A stretch of DNA of 61,892 bases from Acidimicrobiia bacterium (GCA_009377435.1 WHUC01000002.1:1-61892), one strand, 5' to 3'; counted from the stretch's first letter, positions 8,423-16,590 are shown. Translations and numbers: made by a program. Notes: a model not told the origin generated them from the sequence alone.

Positions 8423-9244
8423 CTATCCGCGGGTGTTCTTATGGCGATCGAGCCAGGCGATCACATCGGAGATAACGGCGGGGCCCTCCGGTTCATTGAA
8501 CGTCTCGTGGCGGAGGTCGGCGTAGACGACCCGATCGACGCCGGCCCCGAAACCCGCATTCACTCTCGGGGAGACCACCGTGTCCGCACCCCCGTGGAAG
8601 ACCAGGGTGGGTATCTCGATCGCACTCAACAGTGGCTCCACCCTTGCCATCGCCTCGAACAGTTCGGCACCGAGCCGGGCCGTCGCAGACGTCTCCACCA
8701 ACGGGTCGGCGAAGTAGGCATCGCCGACGGCCGGATCCCGGGAGAGCTGGTCGCCCTTGATGCGGGAGGGTAACCCCAGCTCCGGTGCGACCGCGGCGAG
8801 AAGGGGGGCCAAGGCGTGTTGCCATGCCGCCCCGCCCCGGATGGCGGGTGCGGAGAGGACGAGCAGATCAGGTGGGGGGCGGTCCGAGAGGACATACTCG
8901 GTGGCGATGAGCCCGCCCATGGAATGTCCCAACAGGACGACCGGTCCCCCGCGCCCGGCGGCGTCGTTCATGTGATATTCGACCTGATCGAGGAAATCCG
9001 ACCAGTTGGCGACATGAGCCCGCTTCCCGCCGGTGGCACCGTGTCCGATAAGGTCGAAAACCACCATCTCATAGCCACCCGCGGCGAGCTGTGTCCCGGT
9101 GCGCTCATAACGCCCCGAGTGCTCACCTATCCCGTGGACGAGGACGATCCGGCCCCGGGGTGGTGAGACCTCGGTCGCCCAACGGCGAGAGAACTCGGCG
9201 CCGACCAGGGGATGGTGGCGGGGCGTTCCGACGCTTGATGTCAT
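8423..9244 (-). CDS. Alpha/beta hydrolase (lysophospholipase / monoglyceride lipase-like)
   Basis: 273-aa ORF with the HGIGEHSGRY and GHSMGG nucleophile-elbow motifs. Confidence 0.85.
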   Translation of the reverse strand: MTSSVGTPRHHPLVGAEFSRRWATEVSPPRGRIVLVHGIGEHSGRYERTGTQLAAGGYEMVVFDLIGHGATGGKRAHVANWSDFLDQVEYHMNDAAGRGGPVVLLGHSMGGLIATEYVLSDRPPPDLLVLSAPAIRGGAAWQHALAPLLAAVAPELGLPSRIKGDQLSRDPAVGDAYFADPLVETSATARLGAELFEAMARVEPLLSAIEIPTLVFHGGADTVVSPRVNAGFGAGVDRVVYADLRHETFNEPEGPAVISDVIAWLDRHKNTRG

Positions 9245-9894
9245 CAGGGAAGTCGATGATAGGTAAGGGTGCGGCGTCTCGGAGGCCTGGTTCCGTCGGT
9301 GGCGTCGGGCATCTGGGGTGGTGTCTCCCCTTGGAGCGTGGCGCCCACGATGTCGACGAAGGTGGAGATCTGCTGGAGGGTGTGGGTGGGGCGCAACGTG
9401 GCGATCAGACTGGAAACATCGGCCAGCGGGTCGTCGATGCGGACCCCGGCGGTCCGGAGTCCATCGGCCACGGTCCTCGCCGCGAGGGGCAGGAGCAGTG
9501 TCACCGCCCCGAGCGACTTACCCGCCAGCAGACGAACCCGGCCCAGTTGACGAATCCGGGCCATCAACGCACCGGTCAGGTCGGCCAACCTTTCGGCTTC
9601 GGGCCGGTCGGCTTCGACTGCCGGCTCGCCCAAGTAGTCGATCACCGCGACGACGTTGGCGGGCAGCGGCACCCAACCCGCCAAGGTGGGACGCACCACC
9701 ACCGTGACCGGCACGTCAAGACGGTCGATGGCGGTGACGTCCTCGAACAGACCGAACCGGTTGGGTTGGGAGAGGAACACCCCGCTTGGAGGTGGGGTGG
9801 GCACCCACACCGTGCGGCCTCCCACCACCAGGTGCGCGGATGCTTCGGACAGACCTGCGGAGATCGCGGATGGGTCGTCGGTGGGGATCACCAC
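9244..9894 (-). CDS. Hypothetical protein (about 216 aa)
   Basis: Track ORF 9244..9996 trimmed to the first GTG (Val35) outside repeat element A1. Coding-like composition. The stop shares 1 nt with the hydrolase ATG. No family recognised. Confidence 0.45.
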   Translation of the reverse strand: MVIPTDDPSAISAGLSEASAHLVVGGRTVWVPTPPPSGVFLSQPNRFGLFEDVTAIDRLDVPVTVVVRPTLAGWVPLPANVVAVIDYLGEPAVEADRPEAERLADLTGALMARIRQLGRVRLLAGKSLGAVTLLLPLAARTVADGLRTAGVRIDDPLADVSSLIATLRPTHTLQQISTFVDIVGATLQGETPPQMPDATDGTRPPRRRTLTYHRLP

Positions 9895-9915
9895 AGGCGG
9901 GTGAGAGAAGTCGGC

Positions 9916-10086
9916 CCTAGGAGGCTGGTGTGGAATGCCGTTGTGCAAATCGGCGGCCAGACGCGTCGCTCGCCAGGACGCAGGACGAAGACGCACCGGG
10001 TGCGGTGCTTCGAGGACGAGGACGCCGCGAGCGGCGATGGCTGGGCGTCGAGATGTGGGACATGTGTTTCACACCGGCCTCCTAGG
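9916..10086. repeat. Repeat family A, copy 1: 171-bp element with ~17-bp terminal inverted repeats (MITE-like)
   Basis: CCTAGGAGGCTGGTGTG ... CACACCGGCCTCCTAGG. Homologous copies at about 26088-26257 and 57956-58047. Intergenic. Confidence 0.8.
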
Positions 10087-10094
10087 CGACCCGC

Positions 10095-11138
10095 TCAACG
10101 GTGGAACGGGGGGCTAGCCCTCCTCGCCGGTACCCACCGGCCCCTGATCTCGATCTCGATCTCGTCACGATGGTGGATCGGTGACAGATATCCCATCCCG
10201 ATGGCGTCATCGATCATCGGGGAAACGTTCCCCGAGGTGACGATCCCTTCGGCGCCATCCGGGGTTCTCATCGGGTAGCCCTCCCGGGGAATGCCACGAT
10301 CGGCCAGTCGGAAACCCACCAGATGACGGGCAAGACCGTTGTCCCGTTGGGTCTCCAGGGCCGTCTTCCCCACGAAGTCGTGATCCCAGTCGACGGCGAA
10401 GCCGAGGCCAGCCTCCAGGGGTGTGTGCTCGGGGTCGAGGTCTTGGCCCCACAGGGGAAGACCCGCCTCGAGCCGGAGAGTGTCCCTTGCGGCCAACCCA
10501 CACGGGACCGCCCCCACACTGGTGAGCTGCTCGGCGATCGAATCGGCACGGGACAAGGGGACGACGAGTTCCCCTCCCCTCTCCCCCGTGTATCCGGTCC
10601 CGGCCATGGCGATCTCGTCGCCATCGATATCGAGACGCGTCGTTCCGAAACGCTTCGGCGCCCCGCCGACGATCTCGGCGAGTGTCTCCGGGCCCTTCGG
10701 ACCCTGCACCGCGATCATGACGGTCGTGGGGCGAAGATCCTCCACCTCGACATCGGGCTCGCCGGCGACAGCGGCGAGAACCATGTCATGATTGGCCGCA
10801 TTGGGGAGAACCCAGAATTCGTCGTCCTCCCACCTCCAGATGAGCAGATCGTCGAGAACCCCACCGTTCTCGTTGAGCATCATCGTGTAATGGGTGCGAC
10901 CCGGCTCCAGCTTGTCAACGTTGTTGCTGAAGAGACGGGACAGGGTCGGGACAGCGCCGGCCCCCCGACAGGTGAACCGACCGAGATGGGAGACATCGAA
11001 CCAACCGACGTGGTTGCGGACGGCTCGGTGCTCGTCGAGAACGGCACCGTATCTCACCGGCATCTCCCAACCCCCGAAATCGGTGAACCGCGCCCCCAAC
11101 CCGTCGTGGAGCTGGTACAGCGGAGACCGTTGGGTCAC
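10095..11138 (-). CDS. gcvT: Glycine cleavage system aminomethyltransferase (T protein)
   Basis: Start set to GTG (Val24 of the track ORF), overlapping the upstream ORF stop (GTGA). SPLYQLHDGLGARFTDFGGWEMPVRY is the canonical GcvT N-terminus. Confidence 0.9.
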   Translation of the reverse strand: MTQRSPLYQLHDGLGARFTDFGGWEMPVRYGAVLDEHRAVRNHVGWFDVSHLGRFTCRGAGAVPTLSRLFSNNVDKLEPGRTHYTMMLNENGGVLDDLLIWRWEDDEFWVLPNAANHDMVLAAVAGEPDVEVEDLRPTTVMIAVQGPKGPETLAEIVGGAPKRFGTTRLDIDGDEIAMAGTGYTGERGGELVVPLSRADSIAEQLTSVGAVPCGLAARDTLRLEAGLPLWGQDLDPEHTPLEAGLGFAVDWDHDFVGKTALETQRDNGLARHLVGFRLADRGIPREGYPMRTPDGAEGIVTSGNVSPMIDDAIGMGYLSPIHHRDEIEIEIRGRWVPARRASPPFHR

Positions 11139-11560
11139 AGAGTGGTGCCGCGATCGGCGAGCTCGACCACTCGGGGAGGTCCGGGAAGACGACGAAGGGG
11201 AACACATCCCTGAGCGGGCTCCTCGAGACCGTACTTGTCGACGAGCTCGAGGTAGTCGCGCTGGTAGAGGATCCGACAGCTGATGTCGGGGTGGTGCTTG
11301 GCGAGGAGACGGATCTTGCGGTTCTTCTTGGTCACCAGCTTCTGGTTGAGGGTGGTGATCTCGACGTACTGGTCCTCGAGAGGGAGATAGAAGTCCGGGG
11401 AGAAGAACTTCACGGGCTCGCCGTCATCATCGAACTCGATGGGGAAGGTGTCGGGCTCGTACAGCCAGGGAACGTCGAAGAATTCGAGGAGTAACGCGAA
11501 CTGTCGCTCACTGTTGTGGGCGAAATGAACGTCCGGGGCTCGTAGCTGATGGATTGTCAG
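11135..11560 (-). CDS. Hypothetical protein, PD-(D/E)XK-nuclease-like pattern. The coding signal extends upstream of the only canonical start (GTG 11413)
   Basis: The track gives 92 aa from GTG 11413. The same frame stays open and F/D/Y/E-rich upstream (..HFAHNSERQFALLLEFFDVPWLYEPDTFPIEFDDDGEPVKFFSPDFYLPLEDQYVEIT..), with no ATG/GTG/TTG. A CTG overlaps the MerR stop (CTGA) at 11560. The stop coordinate is firm; the start is uncertain. Confidence 0.45.
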   Translation of the reverse strand: MTIHQLRAPDVHFAHNSERQFALLLEFFDVPWLYEPDTFPIEFDDDGEPVKFFSPDFYLPLEDQYVEITTLNQKLVTKKNRKIRLLAKHHPDISCRILYQRDYLELVDKYGLEEPAQGCVPLRRLPGPPRVVELADRGTTL

Positions 11561-12021
11561 TTTGCCTTCGCCTCCACCTCGACAGCAACGCCTTCGTCGG
11601 TCTCCAACTCGTGAACTGCCCCACGAACCTCGTCCTGGACGGGGCCGATGGCGATTCCGAACACGCCCTGACCGCGACGGAACACATCGACGACCTCATC
11701 GGAGCTGTGGGCGGCGTAAATCGTCTTGCCGTCCGACAGTAGGGTGACGTCGGTGAGAGGGCGCTCGGCGGCGAACTCGTCGCGGAGGATGTCGATGGCC
11801 GATCGGATCTTCTTGAGGCTCATGCCGGCGTCGAGAAGACTCTTGATGACCCTCAGGTGGACGAGATCGTCGAACGAGTAGCGGCGTTGTGAGCCGGAGC
11901 CACTCGCCTCCTGGAGGGAGGGGCGCAACAGCCCGGTACGCGCCCAGTAGTCGAGTTGTCGGTAGCTGATGCCGATCAGCCGACAAACCTGGGGTGCTCT
12001 ATATCCCAACTGCTCCATCAT
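11557..12021 (-). CDS. MerR-family transcriptional regulator (Rv1830-like position)
   Basis: Start moved to Met45 (MMEQLGYRAPQVCRLIGISYRQLDYWARTGLL, a MerR HTH), preceded by GGAGGA. The upstream 44 aa of the track ORF read through tandem repeats. Confidence 0.8.
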   Translation of the reverse strand: MMEQLGYRAPQVCRLIGISYRQLDYWARTGLLRPSLQEASGSGSQRRYSFDDLVHLRVIKSLLDAGMSLKKIRSAIDILRDEFAAERPLTDVTLLSDGKTIYAAHSSDEVVDVFRRGQGVFGIAIGPVQDEVRGAVHELETDEGVAVEVEAKAN

Positions 12022-12045
12022 CTTCCGTCCTCCGGTGGTCACTCG

Positions 12046-12087
12046 GTGAAGTTCAACTCCGTAAAGTTCAACTCCGTGAAACTCAGC
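12046..12087. repeat. Tandem 15-nt direct repeats in the MerR 5' leader
   Basis: GTGAAGTTCAACTCC GTAAAGTTCAACTCC GTGAAACTCAGC (plus strand), between the predicted promoter and the MerR start. Confidence 0.7.
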
Positions 12088-12131
12088 ACGAACGCCCCTG
12101 ATTACATGTTGGTAATTTCTCCGCTGTGAGT

Positions 12132-12161
12132 AAGGTACCGTTTCCGGTACCACCTTGTCAA
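12132..12161 (-). promoter_or_regulatory. MerR-type promoter: -35 TTGACA, an 18-nt spacer overlapped by most of the 18-nt perfect palindrome GGTACCGGAAACGGTACC (its last 4 nt run into the -10), and -10 TACCTT
   Basis: Minus strand reads cgTTGACAaggtGGTACCGGAAACGGTACCTTactca. A dyad lying over the -35/-10 spacer is the classic MerR-operator geometry. Sits about 110 nt upstream of the MerR ATG. Confidence 0.5.
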
Positions 12162-12230
12162 CGACCCCTGTGGAAAACCCTGTTCGAGGGAGCCGGCGAC
12201 GGGGTACCCGGTACGGGGTGGGATCGCCCC

Positions 12231-12791
12231 TCAGCTCTTCGGGTTCTCCCCGGGGTCTTCACCGAGGAAGTCCTCGACGGTGACCTCTTCGAGCGCCCGG
12301 CGGAACTCCTCGATCTCGTCCTCGTCCTCCTCGTCGGCGAAGTCGATTCCAGCCTCGTCGAACACCGAACGGGCCGCATACACCGGCGCCTCGATCCGGA
12401 TGGCGAGAGCGATGGCGTCGGACGGTCGCGACGAGATCTCGACAGACCGGTCATCGACGGTCATGAGGAGATCGGCGTAGTAGACGCTGTCACGCATGTC
12501 GGAGACGACGATTCTCTGCACCTCGGCACCGAGTTCCTTGATGACGGTGGTGAGCAGGTCGTGGGTGAGGGGACGTGGTGGCTCGATACCCTGGAGGGCC
12601 GAGGCGATGGCGGTCGCCTCCGATGCCCCGATCCAGATGGGGAGATAGCGGATCCCGCCCAGCTCCTTCAGCAGGACGATGGGTTGGTTGGAGGGAAGCT
12701 CGATCCGGACCCCGACTACCTCGACGGGGACGGCGCCTCCCGGTGGCTCCTGACCGTTCTCCGGTGGTTCCTCGTCGTTGGTTGGCTCCAT
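12231..12791 (-). CDS. Bifunctional nuclease family protein (DUF151, Rv1829-like)
   Basis: 186-aa ORF. VVGVRIELPSNQPIVLLKE..YLPIWIGASEATAIA...PPRPLTHDLL matches DUF151. Confidence 0.85.
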   Translation of the reverse strand: MEPTNDEEPPENGQEPPGGAVPVEVVGVRIELPSNQPIVLLKELGGIRYLPIWIGASEATAIASALQGIEPPRPLTHDLLTTVIKELGAEVQRIVVSDMRDSVYYADLLMTVDDRSVEISSRPSDAIALAIRIEAPVYAARSVFDEAGIDFADEEDEDEIEEFRRALEEVTVEDFLGEDPGENPKS

Positions 12792-12856
12792 ACCCGCAGG
12801 TTAGACCGGTGGAATCGGTAGGGAGGTTTCGACACTCTCGGTGCGCGTCGATCCCG

Positions 12857-13429
12857 TCAGCCGTACATGTAATCGAACTGGGCCACGAGATCCTCCTCGA
12901 ATGCCATCCGGTCGAGCATCGCCCAGATGCCGGGAAGGTTCCGGAATTTCCCCTGCCAATCGAGCCCGTAGCCGACGAGGTACTCGTCGCCGACTTCGAA
13001 GCCCCGGTACTCGAGGGGTACATCGACGAGACGCCGGGGAACCTTGTCCAGCAGGGTGAGCGTCGCCAGCGAGGCCACCTGACGCTCGGCGAGCGCCTGA
13101 CGGAGCACCTGGACGCTGAGACCGGTATCGACGATGTCCTCGACGAGGAGTACGTCACGCCCGGTGAGTGACTCGGCGGTGTCCAGGGCTATCCCGATCC
13201 GGCCCCCCCCGCCGAAACGGGTCAGCTGGAGGAAGTCGAACTCGACGGGGACCGTCAGATGCCGCCCGAGATCGGCGATGAAGGGAACGGTTCCCTTGAG
13301 GACCGAGACGAGGATCGGGGTGCGGTCGCGGTAGTCGTTGTTGATGGCAGCGCCGAGTGCCGCGACTCGTTCGGCAATCCTCTCCGGTGAGATGACCTCG
13401 GCCACTGTCCCTGTGGGAATATCGGTCAT
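12857..13429 (-). CDS. hpt: Hypoxanthine-guanine phosphoribosyltransferase
   Basis: Start at Met86 of the track ORF (ATGA overlap with the upstream gene). PRPP-binding motif VLLVEDIVDTGLS. Confidence 0.9.
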   Translation of the reverse strand: MTDIPTGTVAEVISPERIAERVAALGAAINNDYRDRTPILVSVLKGTVPFIADLGRHLTVPVEFDFLQLTRFGGGGRIGIALDTAESLTGRDVLLVEDIVDTGLSVQVLRQALAERQVASLATLTLLDKVPRRLVDVPLEYRGFEVGDEYLVGYGLDWQGKFRNLPGIWAMLDRMAFEEDLVAQFDYMYG

Positions 13430-14490
13430 CCGTCGTCGTTCCGGAAGGGCCACAGGATGGCGTCGGTGAGGTCGGGCAGATCGGATCCACCCCTCTCGGT
13501 GATGACCGGTGGTGGGGCAGGCTCCCGACGGGGCCCGCCGAGGACCCCGTCGACGGCGAGCACGAGAACGGTCTCCGCCGCTGCCGTGGTCTGCAGGGGA
13601 TCGGCCTCGACGAGGAGGGCACCGCGGTTCACCTGCCGACCGGTGGTGAGAGCCTGGGCCCGAGTGGTCAGCGAATAGCCCCAATCGACGAGCTTGCGGG
13701 TGTCGGCGAAGTGGTCGAATTCGTCTTCGGAGCCCATGACCACCGAATAGATGGTGCCGACCGGTCGTTCGAAACTCCCCACGAACACCCGGCCGGCGTT
13801 ACTTGTGAACCCGGTCTTGATGCCGGTGGTCCCCTCGTAGTCGTCCAGCATGAGATTGGTGTTCTCGGCGGTCCTCTCCGAGCCGTCCTCGGGACTCGGG
13901 GGGAGGTCGAAGGTGCGTAGGGCCGCCATCTCCCGGTAGATCTGGTTGTCCATGACATAACGACCGAGGGTGAGGAGATCGTTGGCCGAGGTGTAATGGT
14001 CGGGATCGTCGAGACCGTGCGGGTTGGTGTAGTTGGTGTGTTGCATCCCGAGCTCGGCGCCCTTGGCGTTCATCATCTCGACGAACCCGGGAACCGATCC
14101 ACCGATGTGCTCGGCGACGGCGATGGCAGCATCGTTCGCCGACTGCACCACCATCGCGGTCACCAGTTGGCGCAGGGTCAGGGTCTCCCCGGCGACAAGA
14201 TCGACCTCGGCCTCACCGGCGTCGGCGGCAGCCTCCGAGACGAGGACATCATCATCCAGATTCCTCTCCTCGATGGCCACGATCGCGGTCATCATCTTGG
14301 TCGTCGAGGCCATCGCCCGTTCCTGGTCGGGACCAATGACGTCGATGATCAGGTCGCGGTCGGCGTCGTAGACGATGTGGGTGGTGGCGGTTATCGACGG
14401 GGTGGGCTCCCACACCGGGCTGGGAGGAGGCACCGGTGGCAGGGTGAGGGCGGCCATCACCGGGACGGCGAGGATGACCGACATCAACAC
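13426..14490 (-). CDS. D-alanyl-D-alanine carboxypeptidase (peptidase S11, low-MW PBP)
   Basis: 354-aa ORF with an N-terminal TM/signal. Motifs SxxK (ASTTKMM), SxN (SANDAA) and KTG (IKTGFT). Confidence 0.85.
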   Translation of the reverse strand: MLMSVILAVPVMAALTLPPVPPPSPVWEPTPSITATTHIVYDADRDLIIDVIGPDQERAMASTTKMMTAIVAIEERNLDDDVLVSEAAADAGEAEVDLVAGETLTLRQLVTAMVVQSANDAAIAVAEHIGGSVPGFVEMMNAKGAELGMQHTNYTNPHGLDDPDHYTSANDLLTLGRYVMDNQIYREMAALRTFDLPPSPEDGSERTAENTNLMLDDYEGTTGIKTGFTSNAGRVFVGSFERPVGTIYSVVMGSEDEFDHFADTRKLVDWGYSLTTRAQALTTGRQVNRGALLVEADPLQTTAAAETVLVLAVDGVLGGPRREPAPPPVITERGGSDLPDLTDAILWPFRNDDG

Positions 14491-14492
14491 GG

Positions 14493-15179
14493 TCAGTCCA
14501 TCAGCGAGCGCAGGGCCGAGGTGAGGATCGAGCGGTGGAGTGCCTGGATCGAGTCGGCGGCGCTGCTGATCACTCCCCTCGCCTGTCCCCTGGCGTCCAC
14601 ATTCGTCGCCCTGAGCAGCGGCGCCGTGAGCTGGCGAACCAGGTCCACCTCGCGATCGACACCGAGACGTACCGACCGGAGATGACGGGGTTCGAGACCG
14701 AGATCGATGAGACGTCGCGATTCGGTGGCGATCGGCGCGGTCCCGGGGGGAAACACCTTGGTGTCGTCCTCCCTTGAGATGAGCCCATGGTCGACAAGGG
14801 CATCGAGTTGTTCATCCGTGAGACCGCTGATCCGCAGGAGATCGGCGCGGAGCACCGGCTCCCCCTCGATCTCGAGGGGATCCTCGTCTCCGAGGTCGCG
14901 GATATCGATGTCGTCGGTCTCCTCTCCCCTCTCCCACAGGGTGAGCTTTGACTTGATCACCTTCAGGGGGAGGAAGTGATCGCGCTGTTGGACCAGGATG
15001 TAGCGGATCCTCTTGAGGTCGTCCCGACCGAACTGACGGTATCCGCCCTCGGAGCGGGCCGGCTTGATCAGCCCCTGGGACTCGAGGAAACGCAGCTTGG
15101 ATACCGAGACGTCGGGAAATTCGTCCCTGAGGAGGTCGATGGCCTCGCCGATGCTGAGGTCTTCGTTATCCATCGCCAT
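14493..15179 (-). CDS. MerR-family regulator (FtsR/Rv1828-like)
   Basis: LSIGEAIDLLRDEFPDVSVSKLRFLESQGLIKPARSEGGYRQF is a MerR HTH. Start chosen at Met15 (alternative Met17), overlapping the FHA gene stop. Confidence 0.8.
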   Translation of the reverse strand: MAMDNEDLSIGEAIDLLRDEFPDVSVSKLRFLESQGLIKPARSEGGYRQFGRDDLKRIRYILVQQRDHFLPLKVIKSKLTLWERGEETDDIDIRDLGDEDPLEIEGEPVLRADLLRISGLTDEQLDALVDHGLISREDDTKVFPPGTAPIATESRRLIDLGLEPRHLRSVRLGVDREVDLVRQLTAPLLRATNVDARGQARGVISSAADSIQALHRSILTSALRSLMD

Positions 15180-15630
15180 GGGCGAGGACGAAGTCGAACC
15201 GCCCCACCAGGATCTCGTCACCTGCGACCAACTCGGAGCGATCCGTCCGCTCCCCGTTCACGTAGGTGCCGTTGGTGGAGCCCGAGTCCTCCATCACGAC
15301 GGAGTCCCCGTCGACGAGGAACCTGCAGTGATGCCGGGACACGGTGACGTCGTCGAGAAAGATGTCGCTGTCGGGATGTCTCCCCACGGTGATCACGTCG
15401 TGATCGAGTACGAAGCTGAGACCGGCTCGGGGCCCGTGTTCCACCACGAGGGCGAAACCGGTGAACCCACGCACGTGTTCCGCCTCGGTGGGTGAGAGCG
15501 GGTGCTCGGCGCGGTCATCCAGTGGGACGTAGACCACCGTAGGCTCATCACCCAACTGCATCCCGCAGCGCGGACAGTGCTCGCTGTCCTCGGGTATCTC
15601 GGCGCCGCACTTGGGACATTCCATGTTCAT
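15166..15630 (-). CDS. FHA-domain protein with N-terminal zinc ribbon (GarA/OdhI-like position)
   Basis: CPKCGAEIPEDSEHCPRCG zinc ribbon. FHA core ITVGRHPDSDIFLDDVTVSRHHCRF...STNGTYVNG. Confidence 0.85.
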   Translation of the reverse strand: MNMECPKCGAEIPEDSEHCPRCGMQLGDEPTVVYVPLDDRAEHPLSPTEAEHVRGFTGFALVVEHGPRAGLSFVLDHDVITVGRHPDSDIFLDDVTVSRHHCRFLVDGDSVVMEDSGSTNGTYVNGERTDRSELVAGDEILVGRFDFVLAHGDG

Positions 15631-15642
15631 CAGTCTAGAGGG

Positions 15643-16023
15643 TCATTCCGTGAGGTCTTTGTACTCTTCCGGCGACAACCAACCCGAGTCGTCGATCTCG
15701 CCATCGACGGCGATACCGGCGAACCAACCGTCGCCGTATGGGTCGGAGTTCACCAGTTCCGGCTGTTCCATAAGGTTCTCGTTGACGTTGAGGATTTTTC
15801 CCGCAACCGGAGAGTAGACCTCGGCAACCGATTTGGTCGACTCGACCTCGGCGATCATGTCACCGGCGGTGACATCGGTCTCGACCGGCCGGACCTCGAC
15901 GAAGACCACATCACCCAACTGGTCCTGGGCGTAGTCGGTGATTCCGACGGTGAGTGAGCCGTCGTCCTCGCGACGAATCCACTCGTGCTCTCGTGTGTAT
16001 TCCAGATCCTCGCGGATATCCAC
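15643..16023 (-). CDS. gcvH: Glycine cleavage system H protein
   Basis: 126-aa ORF with the lipoyl-lysine motif AEVESTKSVAEVYSPVAG. Confidence 0.9.
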   Translation of the reverse strand: MDIREDLEYTREHEWIRREDDGSLTVGITDYAQDQLGDVVFVEVRPVETDVTAGDMIAEVESTKSVAEVYSPVAGKILNVNENLMEQPELVNSDPYGDGWFAGIAVDGEIDDSGWLSPEEYKDLTE

Positions 16024-16056
16024 AGTTTGAATCTTCCTCCTCTGGGGGAATCGACT

Positions 16057-16590
16057 CTACCCGATTCGGCGCCGCATCTCGGTCAGGTATCCGATTGCTG
16101 CGTACCAGTAGATGATCAGACCGAGGACCCCCGATATCCATGCGGGTGGACCGAAAATCCACGGTGCGATGTCGGCGCTCACCAGATAGAAAGATGGGAT
16201 CGCCCCATAGAGCATGAAGGTTGCCACCTTCCCCACCCGGCTGACAGTGATGGAATTGCCGGTGAAATAGGAGACGACGGCAACGATGCTGACAACCACT
16301 TCCCTGCCGACTGTGAGGAGACCGAACCACAGCGGCAGTGCCCCCACGATCATCCCACCAACGAGGGCGGATCCGATCATGAGACGATCGGCGACGGGAT
16401 CGAGCATCGCTCCCAGCTTCGACTCTTGGTGGAGCCGTCGCGCCAGATAGCCGTCCACCCAATCCGTACCCCCGATGAGGAAGATCAGAGCTGCTGCCAG
16501 ACCGAGACGATTCTGTCCCACCAGGACCCACCAGAAATAGGGAATGAGGGCGAGGCGGGCGAATGAGATGGCGTTGGGGATGGTGAGCAT
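16057..16590 (-). CDS. CDP-alcohol phosphatidyltransferase (PgsA-like)
   Basis: 177-aa polytopic ORF with DGYLARRL...G..LDPVADRL (the D-G-x2-A-R...G-x3-D-x3-D motif). Confidence 0.85.
   Translation of the reverse strand: MLTIPNAISFARLALIPYFWWVLVGQNRLGLAAALIFLIGGTDWVDGYLARRLHQESKLGAMLDPVADRLMIGSALVGGMIVGALPLWFGLLTVGREVVVSIVAVVSYFTGNSITVSRVGKVATFMLYGAIPSFYLVSADIAPWIFGPPAWISGVLGLIIYWYAAIGYLTEMRRRIG

Noticed and set aside
9935-10117. Arg-rich peptides MPLCKSAARRVARQDAGRRR... (also 26106..26606) encoded inside repeat family A, considered as a possible small conserved protein.
   Set aside because: Substitutions between copies hit first and second codon positions as often as third. Copy 3 has ATA instead of the ATG. 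The composition is typical of a GC-rich non-coding frame.
11139-11560. Glycine riboswitch upstream of gcvT.
   Set aside because: The region upstream of gcvT is an open, coding-looking frame coupled to gcvT by a GTGA overlap. There is no non-coding space and no tandem-aptamer-like structure.
13426-13622. An apparent 1-nt inconsistency between the printed sequence and the ORF-track frames, considered as a possible real frameshift in hpt or the upstream gene.
   Set aside because: The track translations are self-consistent across the region. The discrepancy comes from my manual base counting in homopolymer runs, not from the sequence.
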